DNA of 64,000 nt from Parcubacteria group bacterium (GCA_016186325.1 JACPLW010000002.1:1485-65484), one strand, 5' to 3'; counted from the first letter of the stretch, positions 29,643 to 39,297 are shown. The notes: generated by a model not told the origin, from the sequence alone. Translations and numbers: made by a program.

Positions 29643-30395
29643 TTAAAAAAGATCAATTTTGCTTTTCCAATCGTCCATAATATTTACCATTTTCTCGTTA
29701 TCAGAACGGCCGAGTTTTTTCAACTGCTTCTTGTCGTCTACCCATTCGCCCCCGTCCCAATATTCAACATTGTCAAATACTGTTTTGTATAATGCTTTTT
29801 CACCGTACACGGTACCTACATAAAAATAATTCCTGACGGCTTTTTGAGCATGCCTCACACCGTCTAACATCAACCACATACCGAGTGACTGGAAAACAAG
29901 AGAAAGATCATAAAAAGAATACCAAAAATGAGTCATATCTTTATCTGAAACCTCAAAGACATAAGCTAATGGCTTATTATTCATACTATATGAAACTATG
30001 TCGGTTATAAGGCCATGATTGAGTATCGTTTTCAAACGCTCTTCAGGCATCACCAAGGGTCCATGCCGTTTTGAAAAATAATCAGAACAAAAATTAATGA
30101 AACCTTTGTTGCTTATGTCAAAATTCTTAAGTGGCACCAATTCGCGAATCAGTTTACCGTCAAATTTTCTTGCAACTCGGCGATTTTCGCTTGAAAGTTT
30201 AAATGACCCCAACGGAACACGCGCGCTTCGAGCCATATAAAAAATATCCTTAACTCCAGGACTGCCAGAATACGGCAAATAGCCGGCAGTATAGATGTCA
30301 GAGAGTTTGTCTTTTTTGTTCCGAATACAATAATTCGCGTAACCAAAAGAATATGTTTTATAATTGTGTCCAAATTCACTTTGAAACTTTTTCAT
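29643..30395 (-). CDS. aminoacyl-tRNA--protein transferase-like (ATE/Bpt C-terminal, GNAT-like)
   Basis: YSFYD...SLGMWLML...YFYVG...ALYK pattern. Confidence 0.55.
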   Translation of the reverse strand: MKKFQSEFGHNYKTYSFGYANYCIRNKKDKLSDIYTAGYLPYSGSPGVKDIFYMARSARVPLGSFKLSSENRRVARKFDGKLIRELVPLKNFDISNKGFINFCSDYFSKRHGPLVMPEERLKTILNHGLITDIVSYSMNNKPLAYVFEVSDKDMTHFWYSFYDLSLVFQSLGMWLMLDGVRHAQKAVRNYFYVGTVYGEKALYKTVFDNVEYWDGGEWVDDKKQLKKLGRSDNEKMVNIMDDWKSKIDLF

Positions 30396-31804
30396 TTTTT
30401 ATAATTTTCTTCTAACCACTTTGTTACCAACCCTACAAACCCGTCAAATCCTCCCGAGGACATGGCAAGCACTACCGAGTCCTTATCAACGTTATTCTCC
30501 ATTAATACTATTCCCTTTTGTATACTGTCAAATCCCCTAACCGAATGCCCCGCTTCACTTACTCTGTTTACTATCTCTTTCAATGTTAACCCGCTATCAT
30601 TCGGGGGTTTATATATAAAAATTTGATAAGCGCCGTCAAAAACTCTGTCGTACCAATCAATCGCTTCGCGACTTCTCCAACTTAAAGAGTGTGGCTCGAA
30701 CAAAATTATAAGCTTCTTGCCGGGAAAATGAGCTCTAACTGCTTCTATCGCCGACTTTGCCTTAGGAAGAGACGAACCAAATCCTTCATAAAACGGAACT
30801 GATGTTTTGTCTGATTTTTTGTCCAACCGCCTGTTAATTGCCTTGAAGGAAGCGATGGCTTCAGAAAATTCGCTTGGAACAACCAGATTCAGCGACAGCA
30901 ACAAGACGCCTGCGCCAAGAATATTCTCAACATTATGAAGCCCAAGTAAATTCGTCTTTACATTAACTATAAAACTCTCTCCCTTAAAAATATCGAAACA
31001 GGTTATCTCTCCTAATTTAATATTTTCAATATGCCAGTCGGCATTGCTCTTTGTACTGTAAAAATTTGTTTGTTCCTCAAGGCCGCATTTTGAAATTGTT
31101 TCTTTTACTCCTTCACCGTCGGCACATGCAACAATTAATCCGCCCGGAGGGATTGAGGATAGTAATTCAATAAATGGAGCTTTGTAGTCGTTATGGGTCT
31201 TAAATACATTAACGTGGTCGTGAGCCAAAGACGTCAGTAAAACATGCTTTGGATGATAATGTAAAAATTTAGACGAGTCGTCCCAGTTTGATGTTGGATA
31301 CTCATCACCCTCAAGCACGAATATATTACCGTCTCCCTTCTTGGAACTTTCATCGGGAGTATTGGGTATTGCGCCAATGAAGTAGCTGGGATCCTTTCCG
31401 GCATATTCAAGACACCATGCAACAAGAGCCGCGCAAGTTGATTTACCATAACTGCCAACTGCCACAACATTTTCTTTGCCTATATTTAGCTCTCCCAGAA
31501 CTTCGGGAAATGACTTTACCGAAACACCCGAAGAAAAAGCAGCCTCAACTTCTTTATTCTCTTCCTTCGTTAAACCAGAATGTCTGCCAATTATAATTAA
31601 GCTGGTATCCTTAGGAATATTGCTTGGACTGTATCCTTTTTTAAAATTGATGTTGTGTCTTTTTATGTATTCCGAAACGGGCGGATAAAAGTTGTCGTCA
31701 GAACCGCTCACCTGCCAACCATAGTCAATAAGCAGTTTTGCAACCGCGCTCATCCCAGCACCGCAAATACCAATAAAGTGAGCTTTTTTGTTTTGAGAAG
31801 ACAT
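30392..31804 (-). CDS. Mur ligase (Mpl/MurC-like)
   Basis: HFIGICGAGMSAVA, GSYGKST, EGDEY, DHVNVF, GLHNVEN, FEPH. Confidence 0.88.
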   Translation of the reverse strand: MSSQNKKAHFIGICGAGMSAVAKLLIDYGWQVSGSDDNFYPPVSEYIKRHNINFKKGYSPSNIPKDTSLIIIGRHSGLTKEENKEVEAAFSSGVSVKSFPEVLGELNIGKENVVAVGSYGKSTCAALVAWCLEYAGKDPSYFIGAIPNTPDESSKKGDGNIFVLEGDEYPTSNWDDSSKFLHYHPKHVLLTSLAHDHVNVFKTHNDYKAPFIELLSSIPPGGLIVACADGEGVKETISKCGLEEQTNFYSTKSNADWHIENIKLGEITCFDIFKGESFIVNVKTNLLGLHNVENILGAGVLLLSLNLVVPSEFSEAIASFKAINRRLDKKSDKTSVPFYEGFGSSLPKAKSAIEAVRAHFPGKKLIILFEPHSLSWRSREAIDWYDRVFDGAYQIFIYKPPNDSGLTLKEIVNRVSEAGHSVRGFDSIQKGIVLMENNVDKDSVVLAMSSGGFDGFVGLVTKWLEENYKK

Positions 31805-31811
31805 TTTTCGG

Positions 31812-31882
31812 TGGACCTACGGGGAATCGGACCCCGGATTTGATCATGCCATGATCACGTGTTACCACTATACCATAGGCCC
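31812..31882 (-). tRNA. tRNA-Ala(GGC)
   Basis: G3.U70 acceptor GGGCCTA/TAGGTCC, TGATC-ATGGCAT-GATCA. Confidence 0.88.
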
Positions 31883-31893
31883 CTATTGTAAAA

Positions 31894-32562
31894 TTAAATT
31901 ATTTCTGCAATTTTCATTAACTCATTAAATATATCTGCAGAAAAATAATCAATTCTGCAAACACCCTTATAATCCAATTTTTTGGATGGCCTCCCTAATG
32001 TTCTTGGATCTATTTGTGCTTTATAAAATTTTTTAAGAGGAATTCCTGTTGTTTTAGACCAAAATTTTTCTAGAGTTTTTATATCTTGGTCGGCTCTACA
32101 TTGTAAGGTGCATCGAAATTTATTTTCATCAATATTATAACAGCGTCGTAATAATCGTAAAAATAAGCTAATTACTTTTGGATCAGAGTTCCCGAAAACT
32201 ACGGAACAATTCGATTTTTTTCCTTCGCCCATATATAGCATTGCGACAACGATTTTAGCAATATTTTTATCTTCAATAAGTTTTTTAAGATGCCAAACGC
32301 GATCAGATACTAATTTTAAGTACTGTTCTCGTTTTTTTCTGTTTGTCGCCAAAGCCAATTTTCGACTTCTATTAACATTATCTATGACCCGATTTTTTAA
32401 TACTTGTTTTTGATCTTCAGACAATACAATATTTTTAAACCAAACTGATAACGTACTCTTGGAAATTGGATGATTTAATTTATTCTGAATTTCACCGTAT
32501 GTTTTTCCATTTTTTCGCAACAATACGGCTTTATTTTTTAAGTGGTAGTATCTTGATTTCAT
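31894..32562 (-). CDS. HTH + LAGLIDADG-like protein (homolog of 25163-25834)
   Basis: GKTYGEI..ISKSTLSVW; MLYMGEG..FGNSDPKVI..FWSKTTGIP. Confidence 0.65.
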   Translation of the reverse strand: MKSRYYHLKNKAVLLRKNGKTYGEIQNKLNHPISKSTLSVWFKNIVLSEDQKQVLKNRVIDNVNRSRKLALATNRKKREQYLKLVSDRVWHLKKLIEDKNIAKIVVAMLYMGEGKKSNCSVVFGNSDPKVISLFLRLLRRCYNIDENKFRCTLQCRADQDIKTLEKFWSKTTGIPLKKFYKAQIDPRTLGRPSKKLDYKGVCRIDYFSADIFNELMKIAEII

Positions 32563-32604
32563 AAGCAGATTGTAATTGTACTATAGAACTATACCATGTT
32601 CAAG

Positions 32605-32925
32605 TCAACTCTTCAATTTTTGGTCGTCAAATCTATGCTTGTCTCTCGTCATCGATTTTCTAAAACTTTTCTTTATCGCCCTATCTAAATCAAGATTATT
32701 GGAATTGGCAAAACAAATTAAAGTATAAAGAATATCGCCGATTTCTTCCTCCAGGTCTTGTTCCGCTTCGGTTTTCTTTTTTGATTTTTTACCGTAAAGA
32801 TGGTTTACAATACGCGCAAACTCTCCACATTCTTCAAAAAGGCAGGCCAAAATAACCAATGGCGGCCAATATGGCCACTTGTTTTCTTTAAAAAATTTAT
32901 CTAATTCTTTTTGATATTTTTTCAT
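32605..32925 (-). CDS. MazG-like nucleotide pyrophosphohydrolase
   Basis: EECGEF...EEEIGD. Confidence 0.85.
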   Translation of the reverse strand: MKKYQKELDKFFKENKWPYWPPLVILACLFEECGEFARIVNHLYGKKSKKKTEAEQDLEEEIGDILYTLICFANSNNLDLDRAIKKSFRKSMTRDKHRFDDQKLKS

Positions 32926-32928
32926 AAC

Positions 32929-33195
32929 TTATTCCCCAAGAAGTTCTTCGCGCTCGGAAATCTCCTGACGCAATTCTTCTACCTCAATTCTAAGAGTTTC
33001 TATTTCTTGAGCATTTGCACTCGCGTCTTTCTCTAATTCTGAAAGTTTTACTTCTCGTTCTTGCAACATTTCTTTTAAAGCAGGGATCTGATCGATCATT
33101 TCGGCAAAATCTTCGGGAGACATTTCCGCAGCGCCTTCCGTTTCTTCAACACTTTTTACTTCTTCTGACTTGTTTTGTGGCATTTCTATACTCAT
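32929..33195 (-). CDS. acidic coiled-coil hypothetical protein
   Basis: 88-aa ORF directly upstream of the MazG-like gene. Confidence 0.55.
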   Translation of the reverse strand: MSIEMPQNKSEEVKSVEETEGAAEMSPEDFAEMIDQIPALKEMLQEREVKLSELEKDASANAQEIETLRIEVEELRQEISEREELLGE

Positions 33196-33234
33196 ATGTT
33201 ATTTATCTTTATTTAATAATAAACATTAGCCCTA

Positions 33235-33306
33235 TGCCCTCGAGAGGAATTGGACCCCTATCTTACCCTTAGGACGGGTCTGCTCTGTCCGTTGAGCTAC
33301 GAGGGC
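33235..33306 (-). tRNA. tRNA-Arg(CCT)
   Basis: GCCCTCG acceptor, anticodon loop GTCCTAA, T-loop TCCAATT. Confidence 0.85.
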
Positions 33307-33393
33307 AACATGAATAAAAATTAATTTGCGTTAACTGCGTTATATATTATACTATATATAAACAAACAATATTAAACCTTAAATTTTAATAAT

Positions 33394-34446
33394 ATGCCAG
33401 AAAAATCTCCTATTATAAAATTAGTTAAAAAATGCGCGCCGGCAGTTGTTTCAATTGTTATTGCCAAAGATCTTCCGAAATTGGAAAATTTTCCGGATTT
33501 TTTCCCTTTTTTGCCTTTTAATCCCGCCGAATTATACAAACAAATCCCGCCGGAAATGTTTGACGAACACGGGCGGGTGAAAATTGGCGGCGGTTCGGGA
33601 TTTATAATTTCCGAAGACGGCTTTGTTCTGACAAACAAGCATGTAGTGGTTGACCCGAAGGCCGATTACACGGTTGTAACCAATAATGGCGCGAAACATC
33701 ATGCTAAAGTTGTGGCTCGTGATCCAATTAATGACGTTGCTGTTCTTAAATTTGAAGGAAAAAGCCAGCCGTACATTGAACTAGGCGATTCTACAAATCT
33801 TGAGCTGGGGCAAACAGCTATCGCTATTGGCAACGCTTTGGGACAATTCCAGAATACTATTTCATCCGGAATCGTTTCCGGCCTTTCGCGAAACATTTCG
33901 GCTCAAACTGAAGTAGGTGGTCAGAAACAGGAATTGCGAGGCGTAATTCAAACCGATGCCGCAATCAACCCGGGAAATTCCGGCGGCCCATTGGTTGACA
34001 TTAACGGCGAAGCTATTGGAATTAACTCCGCCGTTGTTTTCGGCGCTCAAAACATTGGTTTCGCTATTCCCATAAATGCCGCAAAGAAAGCACTGGCCGA
34101 TATTAAAAAATATGGCCGCATCCGCGCCCCATTTTTAGGTTTGCGATACATATTAATAGATCCGGTTTTGAAAATGAGGCACAATTTACCGGTAGATTAC
34201 GGCGCCCTGGTTGTCCCCGAAGCCACGCCGGGTGATTACGGCGTTCTTCACAACAGTCCGGCAGAAAAAGCCGGAATAGAAGAACATGATATTATTTTGG
34301 AAGTCGACAACAAAAAAGTAACCAAAGATCTACCTCTTTCGGATATTATTCAAGCTCATGAAGTCGGCGATAAATTGGGCCTAAAATTGTTAAGACGGGG
34401 CGGAAAAGAACTGGAAACAACGATAGTTCTTGAGGAAATGAAGTAA
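33394..34446 (+). CDS. htrA: HtrA/DegP-family serine protease with PDZ domain
   Basis: GSGFII, TNKHVV, QTDAAINPGNSGGPL. Confidence 0.93.
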   Translation: MPEKSPIIKLVKKCAPAVVSIVIAKDLPKLENFPDFFPFLPFNPAELYKQIPPEMFDEHGRVKIGGGSGFIISEDGFVLTNKHVVVDPKADYTVVTNNGAKHHAKVVARDPINDVAVLKFEGKSQPYIELGDSTNLELGQTAIAIGNALGQFQNTISSGIVSGLSRNISAQTEVGGQKQELRGVIQTDAAINPGNSGGPLVDINGEAIGINSAVVFGAQNIGFAIPINAAKKALADIKKYGRIRAPFLGLRYILIDPVLKMRHNLPVDYGALVVPEATPGDYGVLHNSPAEKAGIEEHDIILEVDNKKVTKDLPLSDIIQAHEVGDKLGLKLLRRGGKELETTIVLEEMK

Positions 34447-34527
34447 ATTTTAAAGATTTGACTTTTTGTTTGAAATTTCTTAACTTTTAAAGAAAGTTCT
34501 TAAAATCAACCCAAAATTGGAGAAAGA

Positions 34528-34779
34528 ATGGGCGGATTAAGGGCTTTGGAACTTTGTTTAGAGTGTAGTAACGCAATTGAAGTGATTACCGTAGATTCTG
34601 TAATGACACCGGGCAGATGCTGTCCGCAAGAAGTAGAATGCGTTCATTTAAATAGACACTGGCCGGGTTGCAAGGTTGGAGAGGATATCTTTTCGAGAGA
34701 ACCAGTATGCAATCAATTAGCTACAGGTTCTCCCACCAAAATTTTTCCTCCATTTAGAATTATTGCACAGTCCCAATAA
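34528..34779 (+). CDS. Cys-rich small hypothetical protein
   Basis: GGAG RBS; several Cys. Confidence 0.45.
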   Translation: MGGLRALELCLECSNAIEVITVDSVMTPGRCCPQEVECVHLNRHWPGCKVGEDIFSREPVCNQLATGSPTKIFPPFRIIAQSQ

Positions 34780-34840
34780 CCCCATAATTTCGGGGTTTAT
34801 CCCCACACCCATGCATGGGTGTGGGGATTTACTTATTAAT

Positions 34841-35602
34841 TTATTCCGTTTTACCCTCAATTTTTTCAGGTCGGCATTTCCACAACATTTCAAATATTTG
34901 ACGCAAGGTTTTAGCCACATCCGGATTTTGCATAAAAACTCCTTGCATATGTCGAAGTGAAAATATCTGAATAAAATCATCACCGATTTCTATGGAAGAA
35001 TCGCTAAAATAATCTTTCGGATCCAGATATTTCATAGCCCATCCGAAATAACTCTCTCGCCCCTTATACCACGAAAGCGAAGGGTCATTCGGTGTCATGC
35101 CCCGAAGTTTAATGCCGGCTTTTTTGCAATCCTCATTCCATTGATGAAATATTTCCTGCATTTCAGGCGAAATATTTTCAGTTTCCCGCGCATAAAATCC
35201 GAGGATTTCCTGGCCGGCCATTCGTTTAACCGATTCGGTTATCATGTTTTTAATTCCTCGCTCGCCCTCATAATAGAGTGTTTTAAATTGCGGGCCGGTT
35301 TTATCTGCCATTGCCATAAGTTGAGGTAAAACACTTTTTGAAAGATTAAGGCGTTCTTCCGCTTCTGCAAAAAACTCATCAGGAGATTTTGCAATATATA
35401 GCTTTTTTCGTGTTCTGGGGATTTTTAACGCAAGACCCTTGTTTATAAGATTTTCAAGAATGACATATGTCGTGGGCCGCTTAACTTGCGCCTGATCAGC
35501 AATCATTTGAGCAGAACCGCGCCCAAATTGAACTAAAGCCATGTATACTTTAGCTTCTTTTTCATCAAGTCCTAAATTTTTTAACGCTTCTTCAATTTTC
35601 AT
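34841..35602 (-). CDS. TrmB-family transcriptional regulator
   Basis: LGLDEKEAKVY...KRPTTYVILENL. Confidence 0.85.
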   Translation of the reverse strand: MKIEEALKNLGLDEKEAKVYMALVQFGRGSAQMIADQAQVKRPTTYVILENLINKGLALKIPRTRKKLYIAKSPDEFFAEAEERLNLSKSVLPQLMAMADKTGPQFKTLYYEGERGIKNMITESVKRMAGQEILGFYARETENISPEMQEIFHQWNEDCKKAGIKLRGMTPNDPSLSWYKGRESYFGWAMKYLDPKDYFSDSSIEIGDDFIQIFSLRHMQGVFMQNPDVAKTLRQIFEMLWKCRPEKIEGKTE

Positions 35603-35889
35603 AATAAGAACAGTATAGTCTATTTAAAAAAGTTTGTCAATAATTTTGACAAATAAATGTTGTAAAATGTAAAAATTGGCTTAAATTAAGGTAAAAGTTG
35701 AGCTTTTTTAGTTATAAATTCCGATATATTTATTGACATAATCACAAATAAATGCTATACTACAGGCAGAACATTAAGATTCATTAAACGTACTCCGAGC
35801 GCGAAAACTGATCTGGCACGCGAGAGGGCGCGGCGGATTGGCTAGTAGATAAGACTTGGGGGAATAACATCCATAAAGGAGGTGATTTC

Positions 35890-36180
35890 ATGGATAAACG
35901 GCACTGCTACCTTTCAGTAGCAGGCTGGCGCTACCCGCGTCATACCATCATTGATGGAAATGTCATCATGATGGAAGTGGCGATGGGAAGCTGCCAACAC
36001 TGTCCTACTTGCTCTCGGCGAGTAGAGATGGTGTCATCTCGGCTTCGGGGTACCAACTCCAAGTGGAGTTGGGAGGGGTTCGGTAACGGACTTTACCTCA
36101 AAGTCGAGATGCCCGATGACGCTGAACAAGTAGAACAATACTTGTCTCGGCTAATCGGAGTCTCTGTCTGGCTCAGATAG
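35890..36180 (+). CDS. hypothetical protein (CxxCxxC)
   Basis: AAAGGAGGTGA RBS; TTGACA..TATACT promoter upstream. Confidence 0.65.
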   Translation: MDKRHCYLSVAGWRYPRHTIIDGNVIMMEVAMGSCQHCPTCSRRVEMVSSRLRGTNSKWSWEGFGNGLYLKVEMPDDAEQVEQYLSRLIGVSVWLR

Positions 36181-36352
36181 CTAGACAGAAAGCCAGTACC
36201 GGCGTCGGAGTGGAACCGACGTGACAACAGAAGGCTCGACTGACCCTCCACCAGTCGGACCAAACCAAGAGACGATTCCATATGCCGAGTCCGGTCGGCT
36301 TATCCCAGGAATCTCTCGGGGCGCGCGGCTGCCTTCAAAAGAAAACCGCAAT

Positions 36353-36416
36353 GGTCGAGCAAAAAACCGCTCGACCTCCCACCAAAGTTTTTGAAGCTTT
36401 CGAAAATTTTGGTGGG
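36353..36416. repeat. hairpin pair GGTCGAG..CTCGACC + CCACCAAAGTT..GAAAATTTTGGTGG
   Basis: Same architecture at 37028-37096; reverse-oriented relatives at 60371-60433 and 60864-60904. Confidence 0.7.
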
Positions 36417-36474
36417 GGAATAATGAAAGTTCTTTAATCAAGAAATAAAAAAGAAGAGGGGGTGAGGCCTTATT

Positions 36475-36717
36475 GTGGTGAAATTCATCGTTACATGCGA
36501 TTGGATTGTCTTCGGAGATCGTCCTTTTGGCGGCGACATGCACACAGATGTCGCTCGCCGAAACGGCATCCCGAAAACATCCGTCCGGGGCGGTGGACTC
36601 TCCGATCTGACAGAGCGCCGGATATTTGGGACATCGTATGGTTTCGGATCATACGATCCCGAAGCAATCCGAGCGCTTCTGCCAGATTGGCAGATCGCCG
36701 AGCCCTCTGACTACTAG
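36475..36717 (+). CDS. GC-rich small hypothetical protein
   Basis: GAGGGGGTGA RBS, GTG start. Confidence 0.6.
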   Translation: MVKFIVTCDWIVFGDRPFGGDMHTDVARRNGIPKTSVRGGGLSDLTERRIFGTSYGFGSYDPEAIRALLPDWQIAEPSDY

Positions 36718-36747
36718 AACAAATCCAAAATGGAAGGAGGTGAGTGC

Positions 36748-36882
36748 ATGGTAGAGGACATGGAGTTTTTCTTCGAGGAAGACGACATCGACATCTCCTT
36801 CGAGGAACTCGGACTCTGCCCCCACTGCGGAGCGGCAGATGACGAGGGATGTGAGGGTAGTTGCCCCAGCTTTCTGGAGTAA
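36748..36882 (+). CDS. 44-aa acidic CPxCG-type microprotein
   Basis: AAGGAGGTGA RBS; MVEDMEFFFEEDDIDISFEELGLCPHCGAADDEGCEGSCPSFLE*. Confidence 0.6.
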   Translation: MVEDMEFFFEEDDIDISFEELGLCPHCGAADDEGCEGSCPSFLE

Positions 36883-37240
36883 CTGCCTCACTAACCCCAT
36901 CCATCGGGGATATAGGTGGAGTAGTCGGAGCCTGCGGTGTCCGACGAAAAACTCTGATGCAATGTTAGAGCGGCTAAAAAGCCGAATCAGGCTAGGAGAG
37001 TCCATAGAAACGGCAAAACTCTCCACGGGTCGAGTGAAAAAAGAAATCTCGACCTCCTACCAAAGTTCTCAAAAAGTATTTTGAAAATTTTGGTAGTTTA
37101 TTTTTTTCTCTTTTTTAAGTGTTTGAAAAATTCGATTTGCCGCAATCGTTTTTTTGCTTCGGCAAGAGTTTTGTATGAACCGAAAGAACGGCCGGTAGTT
37201 TCTGATAAAACAACATACTTGCCTTTTATTTTTTTAATCA

Positions 37241-37315
37241 TGGGGTGCCTAACGGGATTCGAACCCGTTCTTAGACTGCCACAGAGTCTAGTGCTGCCAT
37301 TACACCATAGGCACC
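37241..37315 (-). tRNA. tRNA-His(GTG), G-1 and CCA encoded
   Basis: AGACT-CTGTGGC-AGTCT. Confidence 0.92.
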
Positions 37316-37383
37316 ATACGCAAAGAAATATACGTTTTTAATTGACGCTTGTAAAATTTACCTGCCCAGAAACGAGGCATTAT

Positions 37384-37632
37384 TTATTCCTCTACCAAAA
37401 AAACTTCGAAGCCGTCGCCGATTTTTTCATCAACTTTTATTCCAACAATGTCGCCTTTTTTTGCCGAATCAATATCTTTATGTTCCATTTGCATTGAACT
37501 GACCGTTTGTTCAACTTCCTTGTCTCCGTGAACAAATTTAACTTTATCGCCAACAGCCAGCTTGCCTGAAAGCTCAATAATAGCAACACCTATGTTGCCG
37601 TAATAATGAGTAATTTTGCCGATTTTTTTCAT
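37384..37632 (-). CDS. translation-factor-like beta-barrel protein
   Basis: IGKITHYYGNIGVA...SMQMEH...GDIVGIKV. Confidence 0.75.
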   Translation of the reverse strand: MKKIGKITHYYGNIGVAIIELSGKLAVGDKVKFVHGDKEVEQTVSSMQMEHKDIDSAKKGDIVGIKVDEKIGDGFEVFLVEE

Positions 37633-37761
37633 AAAATGAATTTAATGCTAATTATAACTAATATATACCATAAAATTTCAATTATTACAATAACTTGACA
37701 AGATTAGAGTTATTTGGTATAATTTAAATGCAGGATGTAAATTTCTCAGTAGGAGAAGAAA

Positions 37762-37968
37762 ATGCAGATCAGGAAGCAGTTGAGGCGGATGGCCAACGCG
37801 GCTAACGCGATCGCGGCGGGTCGCGAAAGGCCGATCACCCCGGAGCCAAACGGGTACGCCGGCGAGCATCACCGGATTCGCCACAAGTCCAACAAGGGAC
37901 CGCGGATGCGCGGTTCCGGGACCGCGCCGCGCCGCACGAAGAAGAAGGGTGGTGGCGCCGGCCAGTAG
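37762..37968 (+). CDS. GC-rich basic small protein
   Basis: TTGACA-17-TATAAT promoter and AGGAG RBS upstream; hairpin downstream. Confidence 0.55.
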   Translation: MQIRKQLRRMANAANAIAAGRERPITPEPNGYAGEHHRIRHKSNKGPRMRGSGTAPRRTKKKGGGAGQ

Positions 37969-38038
37969 CCGGCGCCCCACACGCCTTGGAGCGATTCGTC
38001 CGTCAGTCGACGGACGGACTCGCTCCGGGGCGCTTTTT

Positions 38039-38431
38039 TTATCCCCTCCTTACCACAGAAGCTTTGATGGTTTTGCAACCCCAATGTTGTTTTATAAGAC
38101 GAACGGTTTTTTTATCATCAAAATCCCGACAAGAATAGACGTCCATTGAAACGTAGCCTAACTCCGGCCAGGTATGAGCTGAAATGTGGCTTTCGTAAAT
38201 CATAACAAAACCAGAAAGTCCCCAATCGCCTTTTTTATCAGCTTCTTCGCAAAAAACCACGTAAGGAATCGTTAATTTTCGCATCCCGATTTTTTGGGGC
38301 AAATCGTTAAGAAAATCAAAAACTATTTTATGATTTTCGAGTTTTTTTCGCTCGATGCCGCGAGCGTCAATCATTAAATGTTTTCCGTAAACCTTATAGT
38401 TACTCTTCGATACGGTTTTTTTTCTGTTCAT
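38039..38431 (-). CDS. speD: S-adenosylmethionine decarboxylase proenzyme family
   Basis: GKHLMID, ESHISAHTWPE, DVYSC. Confidence 0.85.
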   Translation of the reverse strand: MNRKKTVSKSNYKVYGKHLMIDARGIERKKLENHKIVFDFLNDLPQKIGMRKLTIPYVVFCEEADKKGDWGLSGFVMIYESHISAHTWPELGYVSMDVYSCRDFDDKKTVRLIKQHWGCKTIKASVVRRG

Positions 38432-38567
38432 CGCATTTCAGTTTAAAAAATTTTTTGATATTAATGAACATTTTACAATACACTTTAAAAAGTGTAAACG
38501 TGTGGATAAATAAAATTAAGAAAAAACTTTACGGGAACAAGTTTTTCTTTGTTTACACCGAGCCTGC

Positions 38568-39137
38568 TTACTTTGTAAATTTGAAAGTGGAAAGTATTTG
38601 TTTAAGAATTTCTTTTGATTCAGATGTAACGGGTTGAAGGTTAAAGGTAACGACTCCTCCATTGGGATGAGAAATCCACGCGCTGGCACTGTCGTCAGCA
38701 CCCGTTCCCCAATCAATTGACGCGATAACTTTACCTATCTTAAACGATTCGCACCTCAAGGAATCATTGGGGTATGCGCTACAATAAGTTATTCCCATAA
38801 CACTAAGTTGGCTTTGGGAAATAAAGCCAAGAGTTATAACATACCCGTTATTATATTTCGCTCCTCCGTCACTTCCTTTTGGTAAATAACAAAGAGCGAG
38901 CGATGTATCCCCTAATTCTCTTTGCGATTCACAGGAGGTAGGCGGATATTGAAAAGAATAGTTCAAATTACTGTCGGTATATGTTTTCAAATTTACGGTT
39001 TTATCTGGCGTTGGTGACTGTTGCGCGACAGGTTCTGACTTCTTTACAAAAGCAAAGTATCCTACTGCGCCGGCAAGAGCGGCAACAATAAACAGAATCA
39101 AAATAATGTTTGCAAAATTTTTTCGGTTGATATTCAT
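38568..39137 (-). CDS. membrane-anchored hypothetical protein
   Basis: N-terminal TM, YSFQYP, QILSTFKF. Confidence 0.7.
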   Translation of the reverse strand: MNINRKNFANIILILFIVAALAGAVGYFAFVKKSEPVAQQSPTPDKTVNLKTYTDSNLNYSFQYPPTSCESQRELGDTSLALCYLPKGSDGGAKYNNGYVITLGFISQSQLSVMGITYCSAYPNDSLRCESFKIGKVIASIDWGTGADDSASAWISHPNGGVVTFNLQPVTSESKEILKQILSTFKFTK

Positions 39138-39297
39138 ATGTTAGTTAACAATTTAATTTTTTGATTTTATGATTAAAAAACTTTCTCTTCCCTCTTTTTT
39201 ATATACTATCCGTAAAACACGGTCTCTGTCAAAATTTCAAATTTGTTTTCTGCGTGTTTAGTAAAAATTACCATAAAAATTAAATTTTTTACCGTTG

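Noticed and set aside
32588-32597. ACTATACCAT matching the tRNA-Ala(GGC) D arm as a relic 5' half
   Set aside because: Only 10 nt, and equally explained as an extended -10 promoter (TGGTATAGT).
36181-36350. RNase P RNA (AACAGAA and CGGCTTA-like words)
   Set aside because: The words are not contiguous and no GAGGAAAGTCC 5' motif was found.
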